Assembly (NCBI GenBank): GCA_976551045.1
Contig: CDPCPM010000073.1
Span: forward strand, 38,502,001 to 38,566,000
Length of the DNA stretch: 64,000 nt
Direction: 5' to 3'
From: Glaucostegus cemiculus
Taxonomy: Eukaryota
The notes under the pieces are model-generated. The model was not told where the DNA came from, ran no database searches, and saw only the letters and a program-made list of their open reading frames with translations. Position numbers and translations under genes: made by a program. Positions 24,283-37,120 of this stretch are shown here, one piece after another. The first letter of the stretch is position 1, and the number at the start of each line of letters is the position of its first letter.

Positions 24283-25060
24283 ATCAAAAAATCTGCAAAT
24301 GTTGGAAATCTGAAATGCGAAAAGAAAATGCTGCGAATTCTCAGAAAACCAGGCAGCAGCTGGGTCAACATTTCCAGTACCAGGACTCTTCATCAGAACT
24401 GGAGAAGAGGGAGACAAGTTTTACTNNNNNNNNNNNNNNNNNNNNNNNNNNNNNNNNNNNNNNNNNNNNNNNNNNNNNNNNNNNNNNNNNNNNNNNNNNN
24501 NNNNNNNNNNNNNNNNNNNNNNNNNNNNNNNNNNNNNNNNNNNNNNNNNNNNNNNNNNNNNNNNNNNNNGGCGAGACCAGGGCTGCTGTGAACGAAGTCT
24601 TCTGGTTGAGAAGACGGAAGAGCGGACCAAAGAACCGCAAAGGTAACGATCCCTACAGAATTACTGAGTGGGGAGGGAACGGGGGGGGTGTGATTGGTGG
24701 TGGAATCTCATTGAGGTGGCGGAAATTGTGAAGCAATCTGTTGAACGCAGAGGGAACTGGAGTGAATAAGAATTTCTTTACCCTGTCCAGGAATAGAGGG
24801 GTTGAGAGCAGAGGTGCCAGAGACAGATGACCTATGATTAAGGGCCCTGTCAGCTACAGAAGAGGGAAAGCCGTGGCTCAGGAATAAAGAAGACATCCCA
24901 CAGACACCTATCCATCCCCCCTCCCCACCCTTTTCACCCTCTCTGCAATTTCTTTCTCCCTCCCCTAGTTCTGACAAAGGATCTTCAACCTGAGACATTA
25001 ACTCTGTTCCACCTTCCACAGATGCTGACTGACCTGCTGAGTGTTTCCAGCATTTTGTTT
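24283..25060. mobile_element. Penelope-like element remnant with inverted terminal segments
   Basis: Minus-strand peptide LFLSHGFPSSVADRALNH...SALNPS resembles the PLE RT/GIY-YIG linker; terminal motif present at both ends in opposite orientation. Confidence 0.6.
24426..24569. other. N run (gap or masked sequence)
   Basis: 144 Ns. Confidence 0.98.
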
Positions 25061-25317
25061 CGTACCTTAGAGTACGAAAATAACACTTGCTGCAATTAAA
25101 TAAGACTTTGCTGAGACCATACCTGTAGTATTACTTGCTGTTTTGGTTGCTGCGTCTAAGGAAGGATGTCACTGCCTTTCAGACAGTGCAGCGTTGATTG
25201 GTCCCTGGTTTGCCAGTCAGCAGAGGATGAGTAAAATTGGCCAATGTTCACCTGAGTTCATTAGAATGATAGATTGCTTCTCTGGAAGATGCAAGACTCC
25301 AGGGGGAGTTGAGAGAA

Positions 25318-26075
25318 GTTCAAGTTCAAGTTGTACTTCATTGTAATTCACCCATATGCTGTAAAACACACGGAGGAACGAAATGTCGTTACCCCAAACT
25401 CACACAACAGAGGACGTACGTAGAACAGAGGACGTAAAATAAACGCAGACAGAAAAAGTGTGCAAGTGCAAATAGTGCAAAAACCGGTAGATACAGGATA
25501 CAAAATTAGCACAGGGTTAGTGCAAAACCGAGGTGGACGAAGAAAGTACAGAACTCAGTGTGTTGCACTAAATGTATAAACATGTTCAGCAGCTGCCAAA
25601 GTTCTTATGCACCGTTGTGCAAACCAGGACTTTTGACGGGGCATTCGTCTGAAACTGCCTCCAGGGTATTCAGGAGCCTGACAGCCTGGGGTTAAATCTG
25701 TTGTACAGACTAGTCGTTCTGGCCCGGAGGCTGCGGTACCGCTTGCCAGACAGCAGTGGGACAATAGGTCATGGGAGGGATGAGAGTGGTCATCTATGAT
25801 TCTGCAGAGCATGCGTGTGCACCGTGTGTTGTGGATGTCCAGGATGGAGGGAAGAGGCACTCCAGTGATCTTTCCAGCTGTACTCACAATTCTCTGCAGT
25901 GTCCTGCGGTCCGAGGTGTCACGGTTACCGTACCAGGCAGCGATGCAGCTGGTCAGGACACTCTCAGTGGTGCCCCTGCAGAATGTGGCGAGGGTGGGGG
26001 AGGGCAGGTTTGCTCTCTTCAGCCGCTGTAGGAAGAGGAGACGCTGCTGTGCCTTCTTGGCGAGGGAGGAGGCGG
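25318..26075 (-). mobile_element. Rex1/Babar-like LINE 3' fragment inserted in a + strand CR1 fragment
   Basis: TAGKITGVPLPSILDIHNTRC...IIDDHSHPSHDL RT C-terminal remnant; (TTGAAC)n tail. Confidence 0.75.
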
Positions 26076-26626
26076 CAAGGGGCTGTTTCCTCTTGCAGAG
26101 AATCCAGAATCGGGAAGCAGAGTCTCAAGTTAACAGGACATCCATTTCAGACTAAGGCGAGAAGAGTTTCCTTCAGGACGAGGGTTTGCAAACTTTTAGC
26201 ATCTGCTTCTCAAGAGGACAGAGCATGCGTAGTCACTGGTAACATTGAAGACCAATACTGATAGATTTCTGGATGCCCAAGGGAATCACATGGATGTGGA
26301 AACAAGGAAGGCGATTGAACTTGAGATACAGGATCTTAATGAATAGCAGATCAATCCCCAGCGATCTAACAATGCTCTTATGTTCATGTATCAACACCCA
26401 TTCCTCACTGAACGTATGAATCCGACCTTAACTTGGATGGTTCACTCCAACCTGAATCCATGGAAGGAAGCATATCTACAATAAAGGATTGTAATGAAAT
26501 GAGAAAAAAAACCGATCATAACTACATCGTGTGCAACATATTTTCCAATGAAAATCAACACTGCACTGTTCCCACAGCTCCCAGTAAATGTGGAAGCTGA
26601 GGGTCAGCCTAGGGCTCAATGTATAT

Positions 26627-26793
26627 ATTCCTCCCACCTTCCAAGAACGTACAGGTTAGGAAGTTGTGGGCGTGCTATGTTGGCGCCAGAAGCGTGGCGA
26701 CACTTGCGGGCTGCCCCCCCTAAAATCACTACGCAAAAGATGTATTCCACTGTGTGTTTCGATGTACATGTGACTAATAAAGATCTTATCTTA
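26627..26793 (+). mobile_element. 5'-truncated V-SINE
   Basis: Tail portion of the same family. Confidence 0.8.
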
Positions 26794-28154
26794 TAACCCA
26801 GAATAAAAAACAGTGCTATCTTGAGGGTGAATACTACAATCAACAGTGATCGACTCCTGAAGTCACAGCTGCGTAACCTCAATCCTTGTTGCTCTAGGAG
26901 ACATGGAAACACAGATGTGCAGACTTGGCTGGAAAGAATGCACAAGAAAAATGAACCCCAGAGGAGACGTTGAACAGAATTCAGACAGAGGAGGAGGAGG
27001 AAAAATTAGACATAAAGGAAACACACGCATGAAATAACATTGAGGCTGTGGCAATGAGAAAACCTCAGACATCCTTAAGGAGAAGTATAGGGTATAACTC
27101 ATGGCAGTGGGAAGGATGTCACAGGGAGACGTTTTGATCTGATTGTGAAAACCAATAACATAAATCTTGTTAACTGATGATGCAAACACAATATTGGCAG
27201 TCACCTTCAAGCAATTAATTTTTCATTGACCCATTTCCTTGAAATATTAGATTTTCTTTGAAAGGTTTACAATTCTAGAGCATATTTCACAACTTCGGGC
27301 TGTTCCAAAAGCTCGTCGCAGTCGATGAAAACTGTTGGAGGTTTAGTCACGGTTAACAATGTAGGTGAGGCGGTGGACAATGCGCACACAAGCTGCCATA
27401 AATTAAAGTTAGAGATGTTGGGTATAACATTGATTTTGCTCTGTAGATTGCAGATAAGCCAGTATGGGCTCAACATTTTTTTATGTACAGTAGAGATATA
27501 TATATATAAATCTATCTATCTATTTATCTATCTATTTATTTCTTTATTTCACCTGGATCAGTTACACAGCAAATAAGATCTTAGACACACACCAAGCCCA
27601 CACTTGGAACCTAATTTTGGGATTTTCCCCATTCTTAATTCTTTTCAAATGAGAGTTACACAGAGCCTCTTCTGCCGCCTTGAAGTGCACGTAAGTGATC
27701 CCGTGGCAGGATTCCAGGAACAGCTGGGCTGCTTTCCCATTGTGTCGGCTAATTTTAATCGCTCAACGCCTCCTCATTACCAGGTCATATACCATTGCCA
27801 GCTATGGGATTTTGCTGTGCTCGGGAAGTCCGCTGTGCTTCCCAGCACAATAGATTTCCAGCTGTTCAAAGCTCTTCGTCAGGTGTGATGGTGTGCCTGA
27901 GGATTTTGTGGTTGTGAAAGCCATTTAAGAAACAATTGTAGTCTGTGTGTAGCTGGTGTGCAGTATCAGCTGCCTATTTTACAGGGTGAAGAGGGAACAG
28001 GAAATGATAAAAGCTGAACACTATCTTGATTCCATTTTACTTTCTAACAGAATTCATCAGTGAACAGGCACCGGACTAATTTTCCTCTCTGCATCACAAG
28101 TGCTGTGGACAAATATCATCACCATTGCCAGCGACTCAGACCAGTGAACAGAGT

Positions 28155-28640
28155 GCAGGTCCAGAGAGTTGGGGACACAGCCCAGTGCATCACGGACACC
28201 AGCCTCCCCTCCTTGGACTCTGATCTTTACCTCCTGCAGCCAGCAAAATCAAAGACCCCTCCCACCTGGGTCATTCTCTCTTCTCTCCTCTTCCATCAGG
28301 TAGAAGATACAGGAGCCTGAGGGCATGTACCACCAGGCTTAAGGACAGCTTCTGCCCCACTGTGATAAGGCTATTGAATGGTTCCCTTATACGTTGTGAT
28401 GGACTCTGACCTCATGATCTACCTTGTTGTGACCTTGCACCTTATTGCACTGCACTTTGTCTGTAGCTGTGACACTTTACTCTGTACTGTTATTGTTTTT
28501 ACCTGCACTACATCAATGCACTCAGTACTAACCCAATGTAACTGCACTGTGTAATAAATTGACCTGTACGATCGGTATGCAAGACAAGTTTTTCACTGTA
28601 TCTCGGTACAAGTGACAATAATAAACCAATACCAATACCC
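28155..28640 (+). mobile_element. Rex1/Babar-like LINE 3' fragment
   Basis: TAQCITDTSLPSLDS..., tail gtgacaataataaaccaataccaatacc. Confidence 0.8.
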
Positions 28641-28934
28641 TTCTTAAAACATGCCTCATTCATAGTTGGTTACTCCAAGGTCCCGTGTGTCAGACAACAC
28701 TAAACAAGTGAACTGTAGCTTCAAAGATGGACCATCAAATGAGAGGGCAAAATGGCTCTTTCTCACCATATATCTTTAATACAATAGCCAAGCATTTAAG
28801 AGCCCTGACCCCAAAATATTAATTTAGTCCTAAAACGGGCATCTGTGCCAATGCATGAGAAGTAGAGGTGAAATAAGAGAAATTACACTTTTGGAAACAA
28901 TTGGATGAGCTGTTAAACCGAGGTAAACTGTTCG

Positions 28935-29178
28935 GAGCAACGCACAATCTGCTGGAGGAACTCAATGGGTCAAACGATGGGAGAGGAAGGAATTGTTGAG
29001 GTTTCGAGTCGACATCCTGCATCAGGACTAAGGTTGGAGGTGGAGTCCTGATGCCGGGTGTTGACCCAAAACGTCGACAATTCCTCTCCCCCGCCACAGA
29101 TGCGTCTCGACCCACTGAGTTCCTGCAGCAGATTGTTTGTTGCTCCAGATTCCGGCATCTGTAGTCTATTGTGTCTCT
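28935..29178. repeat. Fold-back pair of Penelope-like termini
   Basis: ...gcatcaggact-aaggttggaggtgg-agtcctgatgc... inverted arms. Confidence 0.75.
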
Positions 29179-30833
29179 AAACTATTCAGAATTTCCCAGT
29201 GAGCTATGTTGACCTAAAATTTCATCCAAAATGCAGCACTTCTTCAGTACAGAGTTGGGAATAATTTGCAAATTCTTGTTTTGCCGGCTCGGGATATTAG
29301 TTTTCTGCTAAGGGAGAGTCCGCGATGACAGATCCTATTGCAAGATGGCAAAGCGTATTCTCCACTGTAATATTTAACTTGGTAAGTTAATATTCCAGGA
29401 AGTCCGGTTACAGAAATTCTTCCCTGGGGTGTGGAAGCACTGTGGTTAAACTACTTGACCAGCATCCTGGGGTCTGGACAATTGATCTGTACACAAATTG
29501 GAATCCCAATCTACAGTCAAATAATTAAAGTTGCAATTAAAAGAGGAATAGTTAGCTACAGAGCATGGAGACAGGCCACTCTGTGCACCAAAGATGTACT
29601 AGTTACGCTAGTTACGCTATTTAGTAAGCACCTAGTTACGCTATTCTAACACAAACACCACTTTATTGTCCCCACCATCCCATCACGTCCTCCCAGATTC
29701 AACCATTCACTTGCACACACGGGGAATTTACAGTGGGCAATGAACCAACAGCTGTAAGATCCCACTTGATTCACTATTGTCCTTCAGAGACAGACATCTA
29801 TCCTTTATGTGTGGCCCAAATCTTTGGCAATGTGGCTGAAAGTCCTCCGAAAATTGTCTTGTTCGCCACTGGGTACAGAGCAACCAAGGTTGGGCAGTAG
29901 TGTTGACCCTGCTCAACCTGTCCATGTCCTGTGGCCTAATAAGTAAAGATGTTCTCCTCCCCACCATGCTTCTTCTCTTCTTCTCTTTCCTAGCCTCTTT
30001 TTTTTCCATCTCTCTCCTTACCTTTGACCCATGCCCTGGTGGATCTGCTCTCCCCTCCTCCTCCACACCTGCCTATCACTCTCTCTAACCTGCATCTACC
30101 TATCACCACCCTGCTTCCCCACTTTTGTCCACCTATCACTGCTCTGCTTTTCCCTCCTATGTACTGGGGGCTTCCCCTTTTCCCATCTTCAGTCCTGAAG
30201 AAGGGTCCTGACCTGAAATGTTGACCGCCTGCTATTCTCCGCGGATGCTGCCTGGCCTGCTGAGTTCCTCCAGCGTCATCGTGTTTTTCATCAAGACGCT
30301 CATTCCGTTTACCTTGGGTGGTTTGACCCTCTGCAGGGAAGCAACGAGAACTTCTCATGGCTGGTGGGTGGCCGAGCTAGAAGTAAATGTTTTGAACAGA
30401 ATCAAAGAATGGTTACAGCCCAGGAAGTTGCCATTTGGCCTATGCTGACTCCCTTCTAGAGCAACTCCCAATTCCACCCCATTCCCGTCCCTGCCACCTT
30501 GCAAGTTCTTCTGTGCTGTATATTTATCCAGGTCCCTCACGAAGCCACAACGGAACCTGTCTCCACCACATCTGCAGCCAGTGTATTCCAGACTCCGACC
30601 GCATCTGGCTAAAAACCCTTCATCTTCCCCTCGCTATTAATTCTTTTTTCCTTTATTTTATACCCGTGCCCTCTGGTTCTCAACCCTCTGCCAACAGGAA
30701 CAGCCGCCCACTGCCCAGACTCTTCAGGCCTTTATCAATCTTCCCCAGCCTTCTCCAAAGAAAACTGTCCCAAGTCTCTATAATCCAGCCTTGTAACTGT
30801 AGTCCCTCTTCCTATTGTCATCTTTGTAATCAC

Positions 30834-31110
30834 AGTAATGCAGCGATTAGCGTAACACTATTACAGCGCCAGCGACCCCGGTTCAATTCCCACTGCTGTC
30901 TGTAAGGAGTTTGTATGTTCTCCCCGTGTCTGCGTGGGTTTCCTCCGGGTGCTCTGGTTTCCTCCCACATACAGGTTAGGAAGTTGTGGGCACGCTATGT
31001 TGGCGCCGGAAGCGTGGCGACACTTGCAGGCTGCTCCCAGAACACTCTACGAAAAAGATGTATTTCACTGTGTGTTTCGATGTACATGTGACTAACAAAG
31101 ACATCTTATC
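30834..31110 (+). mobile_element. tRNA-derived V-SINE
   Basis: A/B boxes, V-domain, same tail. Confidence 0.85.
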
Positions 31111-31604
31111 TTTGCCAGATCCTCTCTATTTTGGCAGCAAGTAAACCAAGCTCAGGTCTGTCATTACTTGCTGCTTCTTCTGTGCTGCTCTGGTGTATGG
31201 AGAATGCAAAAACAACAGAGGAGCAAGACTGCAGGGTCCTTAAATGGACCGATCTTTCCGGATTAGCCTGAGGCAGGGTTATTACTGACATCATTGGGGA
31301 GTTTTGGAGGAAGTTCATTTGTTTTAAATAACTGTAGATCAAAAAGGGGTCTCAGTTCGTACGCAGAGCACATTCAGTAGAAGGAATTGATCAAAAGCAC
31401 TCATCCCTATGATGCATGAGCAATGTGTCCAAGTTGCTGTTTCCTGGATGAACACCTTTCTAACCTCTGATTAAGGGAAACTCACTGTCAATTACTAGCA
31501 AGGTAAAGGAATACCACTCTAAAACTGATGGCAGGTTAAAGACTAAATTTGCTTGCACACTGTTTTGTCATTAGTAATCTGTGCATGCTAGTGTACATCA
31601 CTCT

Positions 31605-31975
31605 AAGAACATGGAAAAGTACAGCAAAGGACAGGCCCTTCAGCCAACGACATTGAGCTGAACTAATTAAACCAATGACTCCTAATTAATCTAATCCCTC
31701 TTCCCCGCACATTGGCCATATCCCTCCCTTCTCCCCATATTCATGTGCCTGTCCAAGAGTCTCTTAAACTCTCTCCTCTGCCATCCCTGGCAGTGCATTC
31801 CAAGCCTTCACCACTCTGTGTAAAAACCTTGCCTCGCACATCTCCCTTGTACATACCTCCTCTTACCTTAAATGCATGCCCTCTACCACCAGATATTTCA
31901 ATCCTTGGAAGAAGATACTGGCTGTCCGCTCTATCTATGTGTCGCATGGTTTTATAAACTCCTACAGCCTCTGTC
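31605..31975 (-). mobile_element. CR1-like LINE 3' fragment
   Basis: RGHAFKVRGG...VRGKVFTQ remnant. Confidence 0.75.
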
Positions 31976-32064
31976 TAAGCCTGGGAGCATCTCACCACCA
32001 CTCCATCTGATAGCTGATGTCATTTCTATATAGAGCAGTGTAAATGTAATCTTCAAATTAAACA

Positions 32065-35000
32065 CACAGAGTAGGGAGGATGATTTATTGTTGTAAATAC
32101 TTTAACAAAATAATAAAAATCTACAGTCACGTAACACATCAGTTTCACAATCTTTTCAACACAATATAGGTGCAAAATTACTGAAAGGAGCTTTGGTTAT
32201 TTCTCTAGGTTAGTTGTGTACCAGACAATGCTTGAAGCAGCAGATAAACACATGAACATACTTGAAGTGGTTGACAGTAGGCTTTGCCTCGGTGTTGCCC
32301 AGCAGACAGGGGCCTTGTGCACACATTATATTGGCAACTTCATTAACGCATCACTGATTAGCCACACTGTCTTGCTTGGACAGAACTGCTCTGTGATAAA
32401 AGGCGATGATGGAAGAAGTGGATTGGAATGGCAAACTGAAACCCATGTCTTGATCAGGTACGCGTTTGGCAACAATTTTTAAGTTTCTCTCCGTAATGTC
32501 CCAAAAAGCAACAGATCAAACCACTTTTCTAACAGGTAAGAGTCTGCTGGCTCTCAAGTACTGAACTCCTGAAAATAAACCAAATAAGGCATTTCTGGAT
32601 AGTCCTACAAAACAAGATAACGAGGCATGCAAAATGCACAACCCTTTTCTGCTTTGCTTTTGTTGCAGTTTTCCCAACTGATCATTCGTTAAAACATTTA
32701 AGATTTTAAAAATAGGCATTTAAAACAGACATTCTCTGTTTCAATATAAAACACATCCATGCTGAATACGTGTGTATGCATGCAATGCAGAATCTGAGAA
32801 GTTACATGAAAGCAGCCCTTCTTCAACAGGTGCAGCACCAACTAAGCTGCGGTTTCCTTGCAGAACATTGTTGCTGCCACGTAACATTGCAGTTACAAGG
32901 TCGGGGCTGCTAATTACCCTGTACATTCAACACAATAAACTGGGGAGTAAAGTTTCTTCTCTTTAACAGAGTGCATTTCAGAAATGGTCAATATGATAAC
33001 CTTTCGCCACATACCTGTTCACTCAACAGGTAGATTTAGCACAACTAATGCAGTGACTGGTGTTTATGAGCTAAACGCAGGTACTGATGGGCTCTAAAAA
33101 TTAGGCACTTATCTCATTAGAAAAACTTTTTTTTTAAATAGGCTAATTTCAACCAAATACTCTCACTGTGGATACTTTCAAACATTGTGTTGAAATATAT
33201 GCTTGTGTTGTAAACTACAAATGCCTACCTGTAATTCGCATGTACACAGTTAACATTCATTCAATATCCAGAGCCATACTGTGGTTATTGAATATCGATT
33301 TTCATTCACAATCTCAAATCACATGATACCTATACTTGTATAAATGATTCCTATTGAAATATTTGATATAGTCAAATATATACTACACTTGTAGCAGGTG
33401 GATCCTTCATTGGGTAAATCTATGTACATCAACCTTATTCTAACTCCCAGAAGCCAACAATTTAGACTTGCACTTTAATATAGAGCAGCTGAACAAGTAG
33501 AATTGTTTAATTTCTAGACTGGGCCTTTCTTTTAAAATCATGTGCCACATAACATATAAGAAAAATGAAGATTTATACAGGTGGTCTTTTGTTGCATTGA
33601 AGGTTGCACTCAATCTGTACGGATTTAGATTTAATTGTAAACTGTGCAGTTACATGCATCCTGTCAGTAAACAGCAGAGACTTCTTGTGCTGGAAGAGGC
33701 AAAGCTTGTTTGCGAATGCCTAATTTACATTGTACATCAGTCCCCGGGCTCTCCTGACTGGAAGAAAGCCACTGCCTCGTGGACATTGCATAAAGGTTTT
33801 TTTTTTGCTAACTTCAAATAGCCTGTGTCCATAGGGAAAAAAGTGGAACCTTTTCCCACAGTTTTCGTCTTATCCTCTCTCAAGCTGGTGACTTTCACGA
33901 AGTGCCAGTGTGCTTTGCCCCTGGTGTCTAATCTCTAAACCTCTTGCACAAGTGCATTCAGCCTAAAATCCATACAATGCATATTTATAATGAACGTCAC
34001 GAGATGTCAGTCCAGAGTGGGAGCCCTGGATGAACTTCCGCTCTCTTAGCTTTGGGATAGGGAGGGTAAATACGACAGCCCTCATTGTTAGCCTGGCTGA
34101 CCCGACCTTACCTGGATTCTGTACCTCAGTACAGTTCCATTCTGTACATTACTCAGGGAGACCCAGTGGGAGGAAAAGCCTTGTAGATTTCCATTTTCAA
34201 AAAGAAATAGAATGGGAGCTTCGGACAATTCCATTTTCCTATTCACATCTATTTAATCATCCTATTAAAATTCACATACAGAGTGTCAAAATCAATAATT
34301 GCACAACACTGATTGTTTAAGAAGCTTGCTGCAGCCAGCCTGACTTTAAAGCCTTGTTAATTTCATTCTCACAGCAATTATGTAAAGATCGTTTATAAAC
34401 CACTATAAAACAGAAGTGTGTATGTAGCAGCAGTAGATATTACTTTCAATGTGAAATTGTTGTTATATGTCTCAGCTGCTAAAACATTGGCAAAGGATGG
34501 TTTTTGGAATACTGGATTTGCCAAGTGAGGAAGCAGTGATGGAGAGATCGTACCTCATTACAGCTGTCTCGTTGCAACTCGTTTTAAAAAGGCATTCAGA
34601 AGGTAAAGGGATCACAGCTTCAATGATCTTCCTGCCTTGCTATAATACAAATTGTTCTTGTAGGAGTAAACATGGATCAAATTAAGGTTGGCTAATACGT
34701 GGGTTGAAGCTCTCACTTGCCTGTGGCTCATGAGGCAGCGTTTCTGTGGGTGTGCACTTCAAAGAGCACGAGATAACATGCCGAGACTGCAAGGCTAATG
34801 ACAGGTACAGTCACCTGCCATGATGACACTTAAAGTGAGCTGCGAGACATTTCCCAGCAACTTTCGTTTGCAATAGTGCAGAGGGGGTCTGAGCCTGGCT
34901 CATCAGATTCTGGGTAATCAGATGTGAATACGTTGAAGTGCAAACACACCTGAATGCAGGCTCCTATACCTATATGTAGTGACACACTTGTACTAACAAA

Positions 35001-35328
35001 TACAACCTTATGATAATTATGAAGGGCAGTCTACAGTGCACATCACTGGCCACCTTGTGTTCTTCTCAACCACCTTCAATCAATTCCTTACGGACTTTGC
35101 TAATTCTAGAGTGCTGGCGATATGAGTGAGTTGCTTTCCCTCTGCAGCGCCTTTCTGTACAAAGCACGTCATGCCGATAAAACTACAAAAACAAAATCGG
35201 ACAGCAATCTTAGAACAGATTGCAGTGTGGCTGCCAACTTGTGGTGGCTTTGCTTCCACTCCAACATTCTCCACATTAGAAAGTCAAGCCACGCAGGATG
35301 CTGCAGTCCGTTTAGAAAATCTTGCGTC
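32065..35328 (-). other. TRAF7: Putative TRAF7 3' UTR (~3.3 kb)
   Basis: Stretch without obvious repeats after the stop codon, ending at minus-strand AATAAA (tttatt 32084-32089). Confidence 0.6.
32084..32089 (-). terminator. Candidate TRAF7 polyadenylation signal
   Basis: AATAAA on the minus strand followed by GU/U-rich sequence; repeats resume just beyond it. Confidence 0.6.
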
Positions 35329-35343
35329 CTAACAGGTCCACAC
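35329..35343 (-). CDS. TRAF7: TRAF7 last coding exon
   Basis: catttccttcctcccag|GTG TGG ACC TGT TAG = VWTC*, the TRAF7 C-terminus. Confidence 0.92.
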   Translation of the reverse strand: MWTC

Positions 35344-36722
35344 CTGGGAGGAAGGAAATGAAAGTGTTAGCGGGCTCTTGAACAAAGAATTTCAGCAAAT
35401 GCCGTCAATAATTGAATGCTAGATACTGATTGATACAGTCAAGGATTGTTCCTGCATGCTGGCAGCTCTGGCACAACGTGTGGGTTCAGGAGGATGCCCT
35501 CAGCCTAATGTCCCTGCATGGAGTCCTTGCAAAACCAAAGGACTGGTTTATCTGATGGGCTGGGCTACAGTGTCAGACATTCAGTAACAGCCAGGTAGTC
35601 AGGGTCATAGGAGGACAGAACACAGTCTTTCTCCCTCTTTAATCCACATGAGTTCCTTAGAGCAATCCAATCCGTTGCCACCCTCTGGAGGGGGGGAGGG
35701 GGGAAAGGGGGAAATGGACAGTCGACATTTTGGATCATGACGTCGAAACACCAACTGTCCGTTTCCCTCCATGGATGTTGCCCGACCCACTGAGTTCTTC
35801 CAGCAGGTAGTTTTTGCATTCCATTCTGTTAACTTCATTCAGAAAAGCACTTTGTTTAAACCACTGGGGGCAGGAGTGGAGGTGACATTCGAGCTGCCAG
35901 AGGAAGTGGCAGGGCCGGGTACAATAACGACACTGAGAAGCATTTGGACAGGTACGTGGATGGGAAAAGATTAGACGTATCTGCGCCGATAGTTGGCAAA
36001 CAGGATACTCCCAGTTAGTCCCATTTAACCTGTACAGGTCCCTCAGGAGATTGGTCCTCACAACTCACTTTCACACCTTTTTTTGAATCATCAACAGACC
36101 CGGATATGTTCATAAAGGGTCCCTGATCTGAAAGGTTAACTGCTTTTCTTGTCACAGTGGCCATCTGACCAGCTGAGTGTTTCCAGCATTTTCTGTGTTA
36201 TTTTGGACATTTTATACTGTTCTTTCCTCAATACAGATTATAACTAGCTGAGGCCCAGTACTGTTTTGTGTGGCAATCTATCAGTGACATCTGCCAACAA
36301 AAAAAAAGAGCTGTATATTCCTTCCCCCCCATTTCTTGCTCTCCGTCCATGTTAATATTTTAACCCCAACTTCATTATGTAACAATCTGAGGTACCTTAG
36401 CTGAAACATCAGATATTCAGATTTACAGTAACCATTGGTTCCTCCTCATCTATCTTGCAAGTCCAGAACAAACTATAATCTGTCAAACATGATTTCCCTG
36501 ATGGAGATCCAGGAGACTGCAGATGCTGGAATCTGAAGCAAAAAATAAACTGCAGGAGGGGGAACAGCGGGTCAGGCAGCATCCGTGGAGTGAAATGGAC
36601 AGTCGACGCTTCGGGTCGAGACCCTTCATGTGGACTCAGGATTTCCCCAATCCTTGCTATTTCCAAAACATCATGCACTGTCTTTTCTCTTCATAGGTAC
36701 TTATTGATCTGCTCTGTATTCA

Positions 36723-36878
<156 letters not shown>

Positions 36879-36944
36879 CTAAAACAAGATTATTATCATG
36901 ACATGAATATTGGAAATGGCAATAGTTATAGTGTGTGTATGGCA

Positions 36945-37120
36945 NNNNNNNNNNNNNNNNNNNNNNNNNNNNNNNNNNNNNNNNNNNNNNNNNNNNNNNN
37001 NNNNNNNNNNNNNNNNNNNNNNNNNNNNNNNNNNNNNNNNNNNNNNNNNNNNNNNNNNNNNNNNNNNNNNNNNNNNNNNNNNNNNNNNNNNNNNNNNNNN
37101 NNNNNNNNNNNNNNNNNNNN
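36945..37120. other. N run flanked by GT/CA/TA dinucleotide repeats
   Basis: 176 Ns. Confidence 0.98.

Noticed and set aside
24222-24731. ORFs spanning N runs (also 36828-37188)
   Set aside because: Artefacts of X translation across gaps
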